A program made the translations under genes and the position numbers. The notes under the pieces were generated by a model that was given only the letters and a program-made list of their open reading frames with translations, did no database searches and had not been told where the DNA came from. From Naegleria gruberi (taxonomy: Eukaryota), in the NCBI GenBank assembly GCA_000004985.1, contig GG738845.1: a DNA stretch of 64,000 bases. One strand, 5' to 3'. Shown piece after piece: positions 9,264 through 20,059 of this stretch; within the stretch, counting starts at the first letter, position 1, and every line of letters starts with the position of its first letter.

Positions 9264-12111
9264 CTAGAGAAACTCTAACATTAATTCGTTTTCTTCTGGC
9301 AATGGAGCAATTCTGAAAGCCTTGACATGCATTGCTAAAGTTCTATCTGTTGTAAGGTAGTGTTCATTGATGTGAGCTAGGAGGTATAAAAGAAATTCTT
9401 CTAGAATAAATTCAGAACCATGTTGTTTGAATTCATCATGCAATTCATAAATAATTTCAATGAATTTTTCATGCTCCTTGAAATGTTCTTCCAACAAGTC
9501 GTTTTTAAGTAAGCATTCAATAAAGAGTCGTCTTTCTGCTTCAAAGGATTCTTGTAATGATTCAATGGCATCTTCCAAAATATAAATCCCAATATTCCAC
9601 TCCACTAGAGACACATTCTTGTTGGCTTTTGCCATTCTGAAAATTGATTTGGTCAAGTTATTAATTGTATCGAATAATTTCATGTAGCAAGTATCAATAA
9701 CACCTAAATTATAACCCAACTGATTAGTCCAAGCAATCAATTGTTCTCTAGGCAACACTGTAAGATTATTAATGGTTACCAAGTGTTGAGATTGTGTTGA
9801 GGTTGGTATTGTTCCACTCACAACATTACTTCCTCCATTCAGGTTATTACTTGCTGAGGAACCAGCTGTTGAACCATTTAGAACAGCACTGAAATCATCC
9901 ATAGATGAAGTCTGTCTGTGTGGAGTGGCAGATCCACTACTTTGACCGCTTTCTCCTCTATTTTTTGTAATCTTCTTGAATAGTCCAGCAAATCGATTAG
10001 AATCCTTGGTATCATCATTAATGATAATTCCCATTTCTTTTGCAACTTTCTTGCATGATTTGTGTTGCTTGTTTTGAATTTTTACATTGGCACCTCCAAT
10101 AGTAATCAAGAGATTGGAAGTTGATGGATTATTCAATTTCAATGAGAGATGAAGCCCCGTATCACCATCATTATTTTGTTCATCAATAGACATTTCATTA
10201 CTTGATATCAAAACCCAAAAGAATGCCTCATTGGGAATATCATGATTGTACAGGTAGCATTTTGAAGCAGAGAATGGAATGTGTACTGGTGTATTAGTAA
10301 TATTACTGCTATTATCTCCATAATACGATGGAGAATCACTGCTACTATTGCTGTTATTATCTGCACTGCCTGTTGAATCATTTTCATTACTGTTTTGGAA
10401 GGAGAAATTATTATTGACAGTTGGCGTTGAAATAATAGTTGCAGAATCAATTGGTTCACTTCCACTATTTGGTGTAATAATATTTGAGTTGACAACATTG
10501 GAGATGGAATTACCAACCAAGTTGACTGTATAGTGAAGAACAGTATTTCCCTTAACTCTATCTTTGAAATTTAAAAAGGCCTGAATTCTATCTAATGGTA
10601 TGAATTGAATTAAAATGCAAAACGAAATGAAATAACCCTGTTGAGCACATATATGAAGGAGAGTTTTGCCTAGTTGATCATCAGATCGAATCCATCTCTG
10701 AAACTCATCCAATGCATAATTTTTACAGAACCAATCACACAATTTGAACAACAATGAAGGGAATGGAAGTGAGCAGAATAGACAATTTTCCTCGAATCGG
10801 TTCTTTGTTGCAATGTTAATATTTGGCTGTTTAAGAATGAATTGAACTCGAGGCCAATCGTTCGATTCACATGCATCGTGTAAAATGGTATTTCCTCTCT
10901 TTCCCTTAAAATTGACATCAGCTCCAAACAGAATAAGAGCATCTGCTGTTTCAAAAAACCCTCCCGACAAGGCTATACCTAATGGAAAATTTTCATAAGC
11001 ATCACGAATATTAACTTGAGCTCCTTTTGATGCCAGAACATGACAGGCATCAGTGTGTCCATGAGCACTTGCTAAGAAAATTGGAGTACTATCCGATTTG
11101 TCAACAATATTAGGATTAGCTCCATACTTGTCAATTAAATATTCAATAATATGAGTATGACCAAATCTTGAAGCAATATGTAATAGTGATCTATCATTCT
11201 TTGTCTTGTCTCTAAATATTTGATTAATATCAAATAGTATGCCACCTCCTCCACCACTAGAAAATGAAGTATTTGACGGAACAAATAGGGATGTTGAATT
11301 GCTACTGGTAGAATTACCACCAGATGGTGACGAAGAGCCACCACTAGCCACTCTAGGTGAAATTGGATAAGTATTGTTTTTAATTGAATCCAGTAATCGA
11401 ACCAATTCATCCAAATACCCATACTCAATGCAGGCCAATACACGTTGTTCCATTGATAATTTAACATGTTCAAAATCTATTAATTGATCTCCTAATTATT
11501 ATTCAAAGTATTAACATGTGAATGTTGAATTAGATAGACATACCTGTATATAAATTATTTCCCAAATGTGGAGCTTCTAAAGTTAACAAAATTGGAGAGG
11601 ATCCAATTTCCAAATCATTCAGTTTAATCATGATGGATGGATTTGAATCTTTCAACCTATCATTTTGATGATTATCTGTAATATTTTCATCACAATCCAA
11701 TTTCTCTCCAAATTCATGGTAATGCATCTGCTGATTTTGAGAAGAGGAATCACTGAGTTGTGTGTCTTCTTGTTTCTTGTTGATTTTTTCATATTTTTCA
11801 CTTAGAATTTCACTACTCAGTGAGTGAACGCTCATATTTTCTATGAGCATTAAATCATCAGATTTTAATCTGTGATATGGAATGGTATTGTCCCCTAGCA
11901 TACACCTCCTAATACAATACAAGTCAAAGTGATATTTACATAGTGTTTTAATGGAGTGTTTTCCGGAAATTAGATTGTAATGAATGCTACTGGTACTTGA
12001 GAGAGATGTTAAATTATTATTGTTTGATGATGAGATGTTCATTGATGAAGAGGAAGGAAAAAGATTGGCAGATGATGAGTGTGGAGATGGTTGAGACATT
12101 TTTTGTAACAT
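9264..12111 (-). CDS. Ankyrin-repeat protein with low-complexity inserts, 2 exons
   Basis: Exon 1 is 12111..11544 with a GTATGT donor. Exon 2 starts at 11476 (67-nt intron) or 11491 (52-nt intron); both acceptors are in frame. Ankyrin repeats include SLLHIASRFGHTHIIEYLIDKYGANPN, TPIFLASAHGHTDACHVLASKGAQVN and NTILHDACE. An alternative ATG lies at 12099. Confidence 0.7.
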
Positions 12112-12264
12112 TTGACATGATGAATGGTGGGCATTGGTAACTTATATGATAATAAACATTTGTACAACACCAACAAACAATTCTCTTAAAAAATAAGGTA
12201 TTGCAATACTCTTTTGTTGTTTCGAAGAAAACTCAAATAATCTTTTTATTAATATCAATCAATG

Positions 12265-13173
12265 TTAATAATACAAATCCCAATCCATATTGATAGCTTT
12301 TTCCCTTAGTTTGATGTCGTCTATCAAGTTTGGACTGGCTTGTATTGTCAATGAGAAATCTCTAGGGGTAATGACATGCTTATCAATTTCATGGATGGCA
12401 TTGGTGCTGAACTCTTCTTCTTCCTCTTCTTCTGGCAGAGGCAGTTCATAGTGTCTATAACTGTGTGTATATTTTCCATCTTTCACTAAATAGGATCCTA
12501 TCTGAGGTTTTTTGTAATTTTCATATTTTTGCTTTTTTTGTTGCAGACATTTTGTTATTAAATTTTTCAAATAGTACTCTGTGGCATAATATAACAAGTT
12601 GATACTTTCACCATCAACATTCATTACGCCCAAATCATTCGCAATCTTATTCATTTTACTTTCGAATAAATCTTTTGTATAGTGTTTTTCATTAGATAAA
12701 TTTACAGATTTGGAAGGGTTATAAGATGTTGAAGTGTGTAAACATAAATTATCAAATATCAAATTTTGGCTCGACAAGTGTAGTAATTCCTTTTCCATTA
12801 GCATCATCATATTATTAATTCCTCTATTTTTACGTTTAGCTCCATCTGTTGAGCTAGTTCCATTCAAATGATGGAATGTCGAAATCTTGGCATTGCACAG
12901 TAAGCTCTTAATAAAGTAATTATGGAGTGCAATAAATTCATATCCAAAAGTAATTTTAATGAAATGGTCCCATTCAGTTTTTGATAATTTAGCTTGTAAA
13001 TATTTAATAAATGTATTCCAATACAAGCCCTTTCTATCATCTAAATGTTTATCTATTGCTTTTTTAATTTGTATCAAATTTATACGTTGTTGTATTGGTT
13101 GATGATGTTCTTTTTTCGTGATTCCTATTTTCCACATTAAATAATATTTAGGATCCAAAATGATGATAATCAT
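12265..13173 (-). CDS. TADA1: SAGA complex subunit Ada1/TADA1-like, 302 aa (5' end uncertain)
   Basis: The N-terminal block IKKAIDKHLDDRKGLYWNTFIKYLQAKLSKTEWDHFIKITFGYEFIALHNYFIKSLLCNA resembles the SAGA-Tad1 domain. The later block NVDGESINLLYYATEYYLKNLITKCL is histone-fold-like. The start may be M1 or M13. Confidence 0.6.
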   Translation of the reverse strand: MIIIILDPKYYLMWKIGITKKEHHQPIQQRINLIQIKKAIDKHLDDRKGLYWNTFIKYLQAKLSKTEWDHFIKITFGYEFIALHNYFIKSLLCNAKISTFHHLNGTSSTDGAKRKNRGINNMMMLMEKELLHLSSQNLIFDNLCLHTSTSYNPSKSVNLSNEKHYTKDLFESKMNKIANDLGVMNVDGESINLLYYATEYYLKNLITKCLQQKKQKYENYKKPQIGSYLVKDGKYTHSYRHYELPLPEEEEEEEFSTNAIHEIDKHVITPRDFSLTIQASPNLIDDIKLREKAINMDWDLYY

Positions 13174-13504
13174 GATCCGATAAAAAATATCGTGGTGAAT
13201 AATAATTTTACACTCTCACAATAACATACCACCCTTTGAAAGCATTAACGATGATTTTTGATTTGCTCCTCTTAGTGATGCTGCTCCCGAGGAGGAGAGA
13301 AGTGTCGACGATGTATGTGGGTTGAGCATTTTTTATTATTTTAAATTTAAAAATATTATGTCACAGGTTGCCGCTAAATTTTTGGCTATTGTGAAACCGT
13401 CACAGAATTAGTAGTGTATTAATAACGGAAAACAAGAAACAAGCTTTACACAGTTTGATCCAATAGAGAAATTTTCCATTTGTGATTAATTGCAATTATA
13501 AAAA

Positions 13505-13996
13505 ATGTTTAAAAGAACAATTACTGTACGAAAGTTTATTTCTTCGTCCAGGTTGTTTAACAACTCGTTTCCTAAAACCCAATCCACAAATTACTCAACC
13601 ACACAGAGTAATGCAGATCAAGAAGGCAACACTCAATCAAATATTCATACTGCTGCTGCTGCTTTGGATTATGATGTTAAAGCAGAGAGGAAGCAATTGA
13701 AGAAAGATATGAGAGGCTTGAGTGACAAATATTTTGTTCCTCCACAGGTTGGGGTGGATGATGAGCAATATATCAGGTCCATGGAGACTCTAGAGCAACA
13801 GAGACAAGATGGCTCTACATCTGTAGAAGAATTTGTTTCGCTCACAACAACTACTTTGGAAGTAAAAGAAGTGGAACAAGACCACTCCAAACCACACCAC
13901 AAAAAACGTGGTTTACAACCACAACTTGCCAAAGGGAGCCTTATTAACAACACTAACCAAGATCCATCAAAAGACACTACCATCGATGAAGAATAG
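13505..13996 (+). CDS. Hypothetical small protein (163 aa), possible mitochondrial presequence
   Basis: Clean ORF with an A-tract before the ATG. The N-terminus MFKRTITVRKFISSSRLF is basic and hydroxylated. No recognisable domain. Confidence 0.45.
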   Translation: MFKRTITVRKFISSSRLFNNSFPKTQSTNYSTTQSNADQEGNTQSNIHTAAAALDYDVKAERKQLKKDMRGLSDKYFVPPQVGVDDEQYIRSMETLEQQRQDGSTSVEEFVSLTTTTLEVKEVEQDHSKPHHKKRGLQPQLAKGSLINNTNQDPSKDTTIDEE

Positions 13997-14286
13997 TTAT
14001 TGTAAACATGGATTATTGTATTAATACCTCAATTCCCAAGATTCCGTCAATAAACATATATTGGTACTGATGTTTTCTACAAGACTATCTCCATCGCAAG
14101 GTCATCTCTGATGCTTCTGAAGGGATGAACTTTCTGTAGTCGGTTGCTGTTGTTCTCAATATAATAACTCAAAAGTTTAAGGTCAAACCAAACAACTACA
14201 AAAAAAATAATAGTGTTGTGTTCTCTTTCCAAAGGATTGAATTTGCCTCACGCTCTTAATAGATCTCCTTCGCAAGCTCTCAAAAA

Positions 14287-17200
14287 ATGTATTCCCAACA
14301 ACAATACTATCACGAGCAACAACATCACCAACAAATGATGATGGCTCAGCAACAACAAGCCTATAATCCTCAACAAGTTGTTGTTGTGCAAACTACAACT
14401 ACTACTTACCATCAACAGCCAATGTATCAACAATACAATATGTATGGCCAATATAATACGATGGAACAAAACTATGGTACGATTAATACAAACTATGAAC
14501 AACCAAGATCATTAGATACTTTGCCATTCTTTACAACAACTGAGTCGACTGATAGTCACAGTGACTTTGTTCCTCCTCCATTGTTCAATTTTGATAACTT
14601 GAATGTGGAAGCCCTTATTCAACCAACCTATCTTCCAATTGCAACCACTCAAATCAATAATGAGGTTACAAATACCAATAACGTTATAACCAACAATACT
14701 ACCATTAATAAGACCAATATTGTCAATACTGAAATTACAAATAACACTACAACCATTAATAACAATGTTACAAATCAAACTAATAAGATTAACAATGTTG
14801 CCAACACTAATAAGCAAGTTGTAAAAACAGTGGAAAAGAAGTCTGTCGTTAACAATCAAAATACTACAACAAACACTGTTAACAATCAAGTTATCAATAA
14901 TGTCACAACCAACAATATCTCAAAAACCGTTAATAACTCTGTCACTGTTAACGACACTACAGTTAATATTCAAAAGAATCATAATATCCAAACAGTAGAA
15001 ACTTCTGAAAATAATAAGAAAAATGTTACCACCAATGTTAGCGAAACAACAAAGGCTTCTGTCACAGTCCCAACCGTAGATCAAACTAGTAAGGTCACCA
15101 CTAGTAAGACTGTTGAAAAGAACACTACTATTGTGAATAACAGTGTTCCTGTTACTACCACTACAAGTACTCAAAAAACCGTAACTAGACCTCAATCAGC
15201 AACAAAAACAATTACCAATGCAACTACAAATGTTGTCAATAATCAAACAACAAATGTTGTTAACTCAAATACCACCAATACTGTTGTTAATAATACAGTT
15301 AATGTCACAAACAATACAACAACCACAGAAAACACCAAAACATTAGTCAGAACAAATACACAACCAAAACCAATCAGCCCAAGACCTACAAGTCCTGCAG
15401 GAAAGAAGGTTGTCGAAAACAATTCCACTATTGTTAACAATAATGCATCCAACGTGGTTAATAATACTGTTACCAATACCACTAAGGTTGTTGAAAATAA
15501 CACTGTTATCAATAATAATTCGACCAATGTAAAAACAATTGATACCAATACTCTTCAACCAACCACAACAACTCCAAGAAGACCAGTCAGTCCAAGGTTG
15601 AGTAATACCACTACTGCTACTAACACTGTTAAAGCTGTAAATCAAGTTGTTGAAAATAAGGCTGTAGTTAATAATAATCAGACAACGAATGTTGTTAATA
15701 ACACAACCAACAATGTTGTCAATAACAACACAACCACTAGTACTGAAACCACCAAGACTTTGGTTAGAACAAATACTCAACCAAGACCAATTAGTCCAAG
15801 ACCTCCAAGTCCTTCATGCAATAAGGTTGTTGAAAACACGTGCTCTAACGTTGTTAATAATTCTTCTAATGTTGTAAATAATGTGACCAATACAGTCACC
15901 AATAATACTACAACAAATGTTGTCAAAAACACAAACATTGTCAACAATACCAATGTTGTCAATAATAATACCAGTACAACATCTCAAAATACCAAGACTT
16001 TGGTTAGAACAAATACTCAACCAAAACCTATTAGCCCAAGACCAATTGTGGAAACTAATTGCTCCTCAGTTGTTGAAAATAATTCATGTAAGGTTGTTGA
16101 TAATGATTCAACTAAGGTAGTCAATAATTGCTCAAATGTAGTTAACAATGTCTCAACAACAGTAACCCAAAATGTTGTTACTAATACAGTAACAAACATT
16201 ACTAATACCACAAATACAGTGATTAGTAACACAAAGGTCGTTGAAAATAAGACTGTTATTAACAATGACTGCACAAACGTAAAGACCATTGAAAACAACA
16301 CCAATACTTCAACCCTTCAAGCAACCACCACAACTCCAAGAAGACCTGTCAGTCCAAGAGTCAATAGCTCTGCTAATGTAACAAGGACAGAACAAAACGT
16401 TGTTCAAAACTCTGTGACTAACAATGTTACAAATAATGTCACAAAGAATGTCGAAAATAATACTATTGTAAAGAATGAATCAAATTGTGTTAAAACAGTT
16501 ACTAACAATACAAAGGTTGAAAACAATACACTCCAAAACACCACCACAACTCCAAGAAGACCAGCAAGCCCTTCCCCTCAAACCACCACCAATTCAACTA
16601 GTAACACTGTTACAAAAACTATTGTCAATAACACTACAACAAACAGTAATACTACCATTATTAATAACAATGTTGTCAATAATACCTCTAATCAAACATC
16701 CAACACAACCAAATCCGTCAAACTTGAAAGTACAGTTAACAATAACCAACCAACTTCAATTACAGCAACCAAAACAGTGGAAACCAATACAAGTATTGTT
16801 AATAACAAGGCACCTGTCTCCACAACCACCACAACTCAAACTGCCTCAATTACAAGACCACAAAGTGCCACTAAGACGGTATCAAACACTACAACTGTAA
16901 CCAATAACCAAGAAATTAACAAGACCATTGTGAACAATACCACCAATAACATTATTAATAATACTATTATTGAAAAGAATATTACCAATAATGTTACAAA
17001 CAATGTTGTCAATAACCAGACAGTTAACAAGTCTATTGAACAAAATAATAACTCAACTGTAGAATGTATCAATAACAAGAAATGTAACATTACTAATACA
17101 GTTGAAAAGGTCAATGTTATTAATAATGTTACTTCAAATGTTACAAACAATATTACTCATGTCACTAACACAACCAACACTGTTACCAATAATGTTATTA

Positions 17201-18783
17201 ACAACACTAATGTGATCAACAACTCCACAGTTAATAAGAATGTTAGTGAAACAAACAATTCTTCCAAGTGCATTACAGATGAGACAAACATTTGCAATAA
17301 TAAGGCTATCACCAACCAAACCAACAAGTGCTCCGTTGAAAATAGTGAAAGAAAATGGGTAATTGAAGTTACAATTACCAACTTTAAATCAAACTTTTCT
17401 CACTTGATGGGAGTTTCTCCTCTCTATTCTTCAACTTTACAAACTTTGGAGAAGTATCAAGCCAATCTCATGAAGACTCTTGAATTGGCAACTGGAGATA
17501 ATACTCACAAGTTTATGACTTTGGCCAATCAAATCGATTCTGAATTTGAAAAGAATATAGGTTGGTTGACTAGAACAATTGTCATGCTCGAAAGAGAAAA
17601 GATTGCGTTCAACAACTGGACTGATAACCCTAATATTCCAAAATTTTTGTCTATGAATGTTGAACAACTCATTGAGGAGTGTAGAAAGCTACCTTCTGAT
17701 CCAAAATTTGATTCATCAGTCAAGACTCTTATTGAATACTTCCAAAAGTATGGCAAATTAGTACAATACTTGGTTCTTTTAAGATATTATTATACTAGTA
17801 TCCATAAAAAGTATGACGCCCCAAAGGTTGTCCTTGAAAGAACTACAAGATGTGGAGTTTCAAAGATGTATTCGGACAATGATTTTGACTTTACTGTTGA
17901 TTCCCTCAAGGTCAGTGTTGCCTATTGGTTAAGGCCTTGTCAATTCAGTGATAAGCCAATCTTGGTTGATTCTGCCGCTGGTATTGAAGTAAAGAATATC
18001 AGAAAGGGTCTTATCAACAATGCCTATTTTATCTCTGCACTCTATGCCATTTCATCAAAGAGACCAGAAATTATCAAGAATAGTTTTGTTGAAACTGATT
18101 TTGTTACGGGAAGACATACCATGAAGCTCTACAATTCTAATGGTCACCAAAAGTTTGTTTCAATTGATGATAGCATTCCTATTGAATATTTGGGTAAGCC
18201 TATTGGTGCCATCTCTGGAAATCCAAATGAATTCTGGGTGCAATTGTTAGAAAAATCTTACGCAAAACACTTGGGAGGTTATCATATGTATTGCCATGGT
18301 GGTAGACCCCAAGATGCTCTCCAATCATTGTTTGGAACGAAGATTAGCTTTGAAACCAAGTTAGGAAGTAGTTGCGACGTTTCATCTGTTTGGTCAAGAG
18401 TCGTTTCAGAATTCAACAATGGAAATCTCCTTCTTGTTTCAAATACTAAGGGCTACAATGAAATTACTGAAAATGATTGTCATGCTTATATTGTCCAACA
18501 AGTTGTTGAAGTAGAAGATGATAATAAGGTTGTTCACAAGCTTGTAAAGTTATTCAACCCATGGGGTTTCGCTTACAGCTCAAATGAGCAATTAACTGAG
18601 AAGGCATATGCTTGCATGGAATGGAAAGGTAAATACTCTGACAATGATTCATCATGGAATGAATCACTCTTGAAAAAACTTGATGTTAAGAGTGCTAATG
18701 ATGGCATATTTTGGATGTGTTGTGAAGATTTCTGTCGTCACTGGACTGAGGTAGTATCTGTTACTCTTCCTCGTGCTAAGTAA
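14287..18783 (+). CDS. Giant calpain-like (peptidase C2 fold) protein, catalytic Cys replaced by Ala; about 1000 aa of N/T/V-rich repeats N-terminal
   Basis: Single 1498-aa ORF. Calpain core blocks: GLINNAYFISALYAIS (Ala codon GCC at 18022-18024 where calpains have GDCWFLSA); FWVQLLEKSYAKHLGGY; HAYIV (His codon at 18481-18483); KLVKLFNPWG (Asn codon at 18556-18558); EWKGKYSDNDSSW; DGIFWMCCEDFCRHW. Confidence 0.8.
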   Translation: MYSQQQYYHEQQHHQQMMMAQQQQAYNPQQVVVVQTTTTTYHQQPMYQQYNMYGQYNTMEQNYGTINTNYEQPRSLDTLPFFTTTESTDSHSDFVPPPLFNFDNLNVEALIQPTYLPIATTQINNEVTNTNNVITNNTTINKTNIVNTEITNNTTTINNNVTNQTNKINNVANTNKQVVKTVEKKSVVNNQNTTTNTVNNQVINNVTTNNISKTVNNSVTVNDTTVNIQKNHNIQTVETSENNKKNVTTNVSETTKASVTVPTVDQTSKVTTSKTVEKNTTIVNNSVPVTTTTSTQKTVTRPQSATKTITNATTNVVNNQTTNVVNSNTTNTVVNNTVNVTNNTTTTENTKTLVRTNTQPKPISPRPTSPAGKKVVENNSTIVNNNASNVVNNTVTNTTKVVENNTVINNNSTNVKTIDTNTLQPTTTTPRRPVSPRLSNTTTATNTVKAVNQVVENKAVVNNNQTTNVVNNTTNNVVNNNTTTSTETTKTLVRTNTQPRPISPRPPSPSCNKVVENTCSNVVNNSSNVVNNVTNTVTNNTTTNVVKNTNIVNNTNVVNNNTSTTSQNTKTLVRTNTQPKPISPRPIVETNCSSVVENNSCKVVDNDSTKVVNNCSNVVNNVSTTVTQNVVTNTVTNITNTTNTVISNTKVVENKTVINNDCTNVKTIENNTNTSTLQATTTTPRRPVSPRVNSSANVTRTEQNVVQNSVTNNVTNNVTKNVENNTIVKNESNCVKTVTNNTKVENNTLQNTTTTPRRPASPSPQTTTNSTSNTVTKTIVNNTTTNSNTTIINNNVVNNTSNQTSNTTKSVKLESTVNNNQPTSITATKTVETNTSIVNNKAPVSTTTTTQTASITRPQSATKTVSNTTTVTNNQEINKTIVNNTTNNIINNTIIEKNITNNVTNNVVNNQTVNKSIEQNNNSTVECINNKKCNITNTVEKVNVINNVTSNVTNNITHVTNTTNTVTNNVINNTNVINNSTVNKNVSETNNSSKCITDETNICNNKAITNQTNKCSVENSERKWVIEVTITNFKSNFSHLMGVSPLYSSTLQTLEKYQANLMKTLELATGDNTHKFMTLANQIDSEFEKNIGWLTRTIVMLEREKIAFNNWTDNPNIPKFLSMNVEQLIEECRKLPSDPKFDSSVKTLIEYFQKYGKLVQYLVLLRYYYTSIHKKYDAPKVVLERTTRCGVSKMYSDNDFDFTVDSLKVSVAYWLRPCQFSDKPILVDSAAGIEVKNIRKGLINNAYFISALYAISSKRPEIIKNSFVETDFVTGRHTMKLYNSNGHQKFVSIDDSIPIEYLGKPIGAISGNPNEFWVQLLEKSYAKHLGGYHMYCHGGRPQDALQSLFGTKISFETKLGSSCDVSSVWSRVVSEFNNGNLLLVSNTKGYNEITENDCHAYIVQQVVEVEDDNKVVHKLVKLFNPWGFAYSSNEQLTEKAYACMEWKGKYSDNDSSWNESLLKKLDVKSANDGIFWMCCEDFCRHWTEVVSVTLPRAK
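15100..16910 (+). repeat. Intragenic modular repeats inside the calpain-like gene
   Basis: TKTLVRTNTQP(K/R)PISPRP occurs three times (about 15334-15390, 15751-15810, 15991-16045). The last two copies are nearly identical at DNA level. LQ.TTTTPRRP(V/A)SP occurs three times (about 15551-15600, 16321-16370, 16531-16575). A roughly 45-aa module ...KTVE.NT.IVNN..PV.TTT..Q....TRPQSATKT occurs twice (about 15100-15240 and 16765-16910). Confidence 0.8.
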
Positions 18784-18852
18784 AAATAATTTAGAATAAA
18801 TTATATTTCTGAAATTTCCTGAAAATTAATAAATAACCTTTGTAAACCTTTT

Positions 18853-19857
18853 TTATTGTTTGTTGGCCTTCTTTGCTTTTGCCAAAAAGTCGTCCTTCAT
18901 CTTGATAGTAAGCATGTATTCATTCTTTTGCTTGAATGGTTTATCTTCTTCAAGGGCTTTCTTTAAATCCATACCAGGGAATTCATTAGCAAGTTTTTCC
19001 TTAGCTTTACCAACAAAGTCTTTTAACATTTGGAAAGCTTGTTCTTCATTTTCAACACGGAAACACAAAATCTTTACCTTTTTTCCTGTCACCAAAAACT
19101 TGATCATTTTCTTCATCTTGACATCCAAATCATGAGTATCAATATTAGCAGAAAATCTAATTTCCTTAGTCTTCTTCTCTTCCAATTCCTTTTCTAAATC
19201 CTTCAACTGGCTCAACTTGTCCTTGATAATTGCATGTTTTAAAAATACAACATAATCACCCAATTTAACAACTGGTGGGCTAACAGAATCTACAACTAGG
19301 ATTAAATCTAATCCTTCATTGAGTGCAATTTCTTCTGCTGATTCTCTATCAATTTTATCGGCAATCATTGTACCATCACTGACACGAATAAGTCTATAGT
19401 GTGTAAATTCTTCTGGAATTTCATAATTTACAGGTTTAGTAATTTGGTCAATTCCGAGTTCCTCTTCCTTGGCTACAAGAATGGTCTTGCTTGTTCGGAG
19501 AGCCTTTTCTTTTTTAGAAGATGTTGTTCTAGCTTTGAAATAATTGGACCATTTAATATCAAGTTCTTGAGCAACACGATCCAAGTAAGCTGCCTCATCT
19601 TCTCCTTCATTGGCACTCTTAGGAACAGCAGTAGTATGATACATCATTTGTTGACCAGTACTTGTTGTTGTATTCATAAATAATGCATTATTATTAACAA
19701 ATTGTTTAGTATTCAAAGATAGTTGTTGATGTACAATATTCAAAAATCTATTATTATTATTATTGTTAATAATAATAGGAAGGATGGAATTTACACTAGG
19801 AGAGGAAGCGGATTTGAAAATTCCTCTGATATTATTTACAAGGCTTAACCTTTTCAT
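18853..19857 (-). CDS. MTIF3: Translation initiation factor IF-3, organellar (mitochondrial) type, 334 aa
   Basis: IF3 N-domain: YRLIRVSDGTMIADKIDRESAEEIALNEGLDLILVVDSVSPPVVKLGDY. IF3 C-domain: KEIRFSANIDTHDLDVKMKKMIKFLVTGKKVKI. There is a long N-terminal extension. Confidence 0.8.
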   Translation of the reverse strand: MKRLSLVNNIRGIFKSASSPSVNSILPIIINNNNNNRFLNIVHQQLSLNTKQFVNNNALFMNTTTSTGQQMMYHTTAVPKSANEGEDEAAYLDRVAQELDIKWSNYFKARTTSSKKEKALRTSKTILVAKEEELGIDQITKPVNYEIPEEFTHYRLIRVSDGTMIADKIDRESAEEIALNEGLDLILVVDSVSPPVVKLGDYVVFLKHAIIKDKLSQLKDLEKELEEKKTKEIRFSANIDTHDLDVKMKKMIKFLVTGKKVKILCFRVENEEQAFQMLKDFVGKAKEKLANEFPGMDLKKALEEDKPFKQKNEYMLTIKMKDDFLAKAKKANKQ

Positions 19858-20059
19858 TTTTTTTGTTTGTGAGTTATTTTTAAAACTTGATTGCTTCTTT
19901 CTAATTGCATCAAGCTTTTATTAAGAAATTCGCAACTTGTTATCAAAGGAAGAGAGATAATTGTAATATTGTTGAATTTAAAGGTTCATTGCATTACTTA
20001 TTGAAATTTAAATGATGAAAAAAGTAGGAATAGAATGTGAAAAAAAGTTAGTTCAAAAT

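Noticed and set aside
13229-13329. Possible upstream exon of the TADA1-like gene (ATG 13329, GTATGT donor at 13228)
   Set aside because: The exon would end in phase 2. The only plausible acceptor (AG at 13126-13125) requires phase 1, and no in-frame junction could be found. It is probably a uORF or a chance match.
14248-17756. Many antisense or alternative-frame ORFs in the track over the calpain-like gene (for example 15243-15548, 15343-15780, 16017-16304, 16475-16900, 16836-17150)
   Set aside because: These are mirror ORFs produced by the stop-poor N/T/V-rich repeat composition. They have hydrophobic or low-complexity translations and no independent start context.
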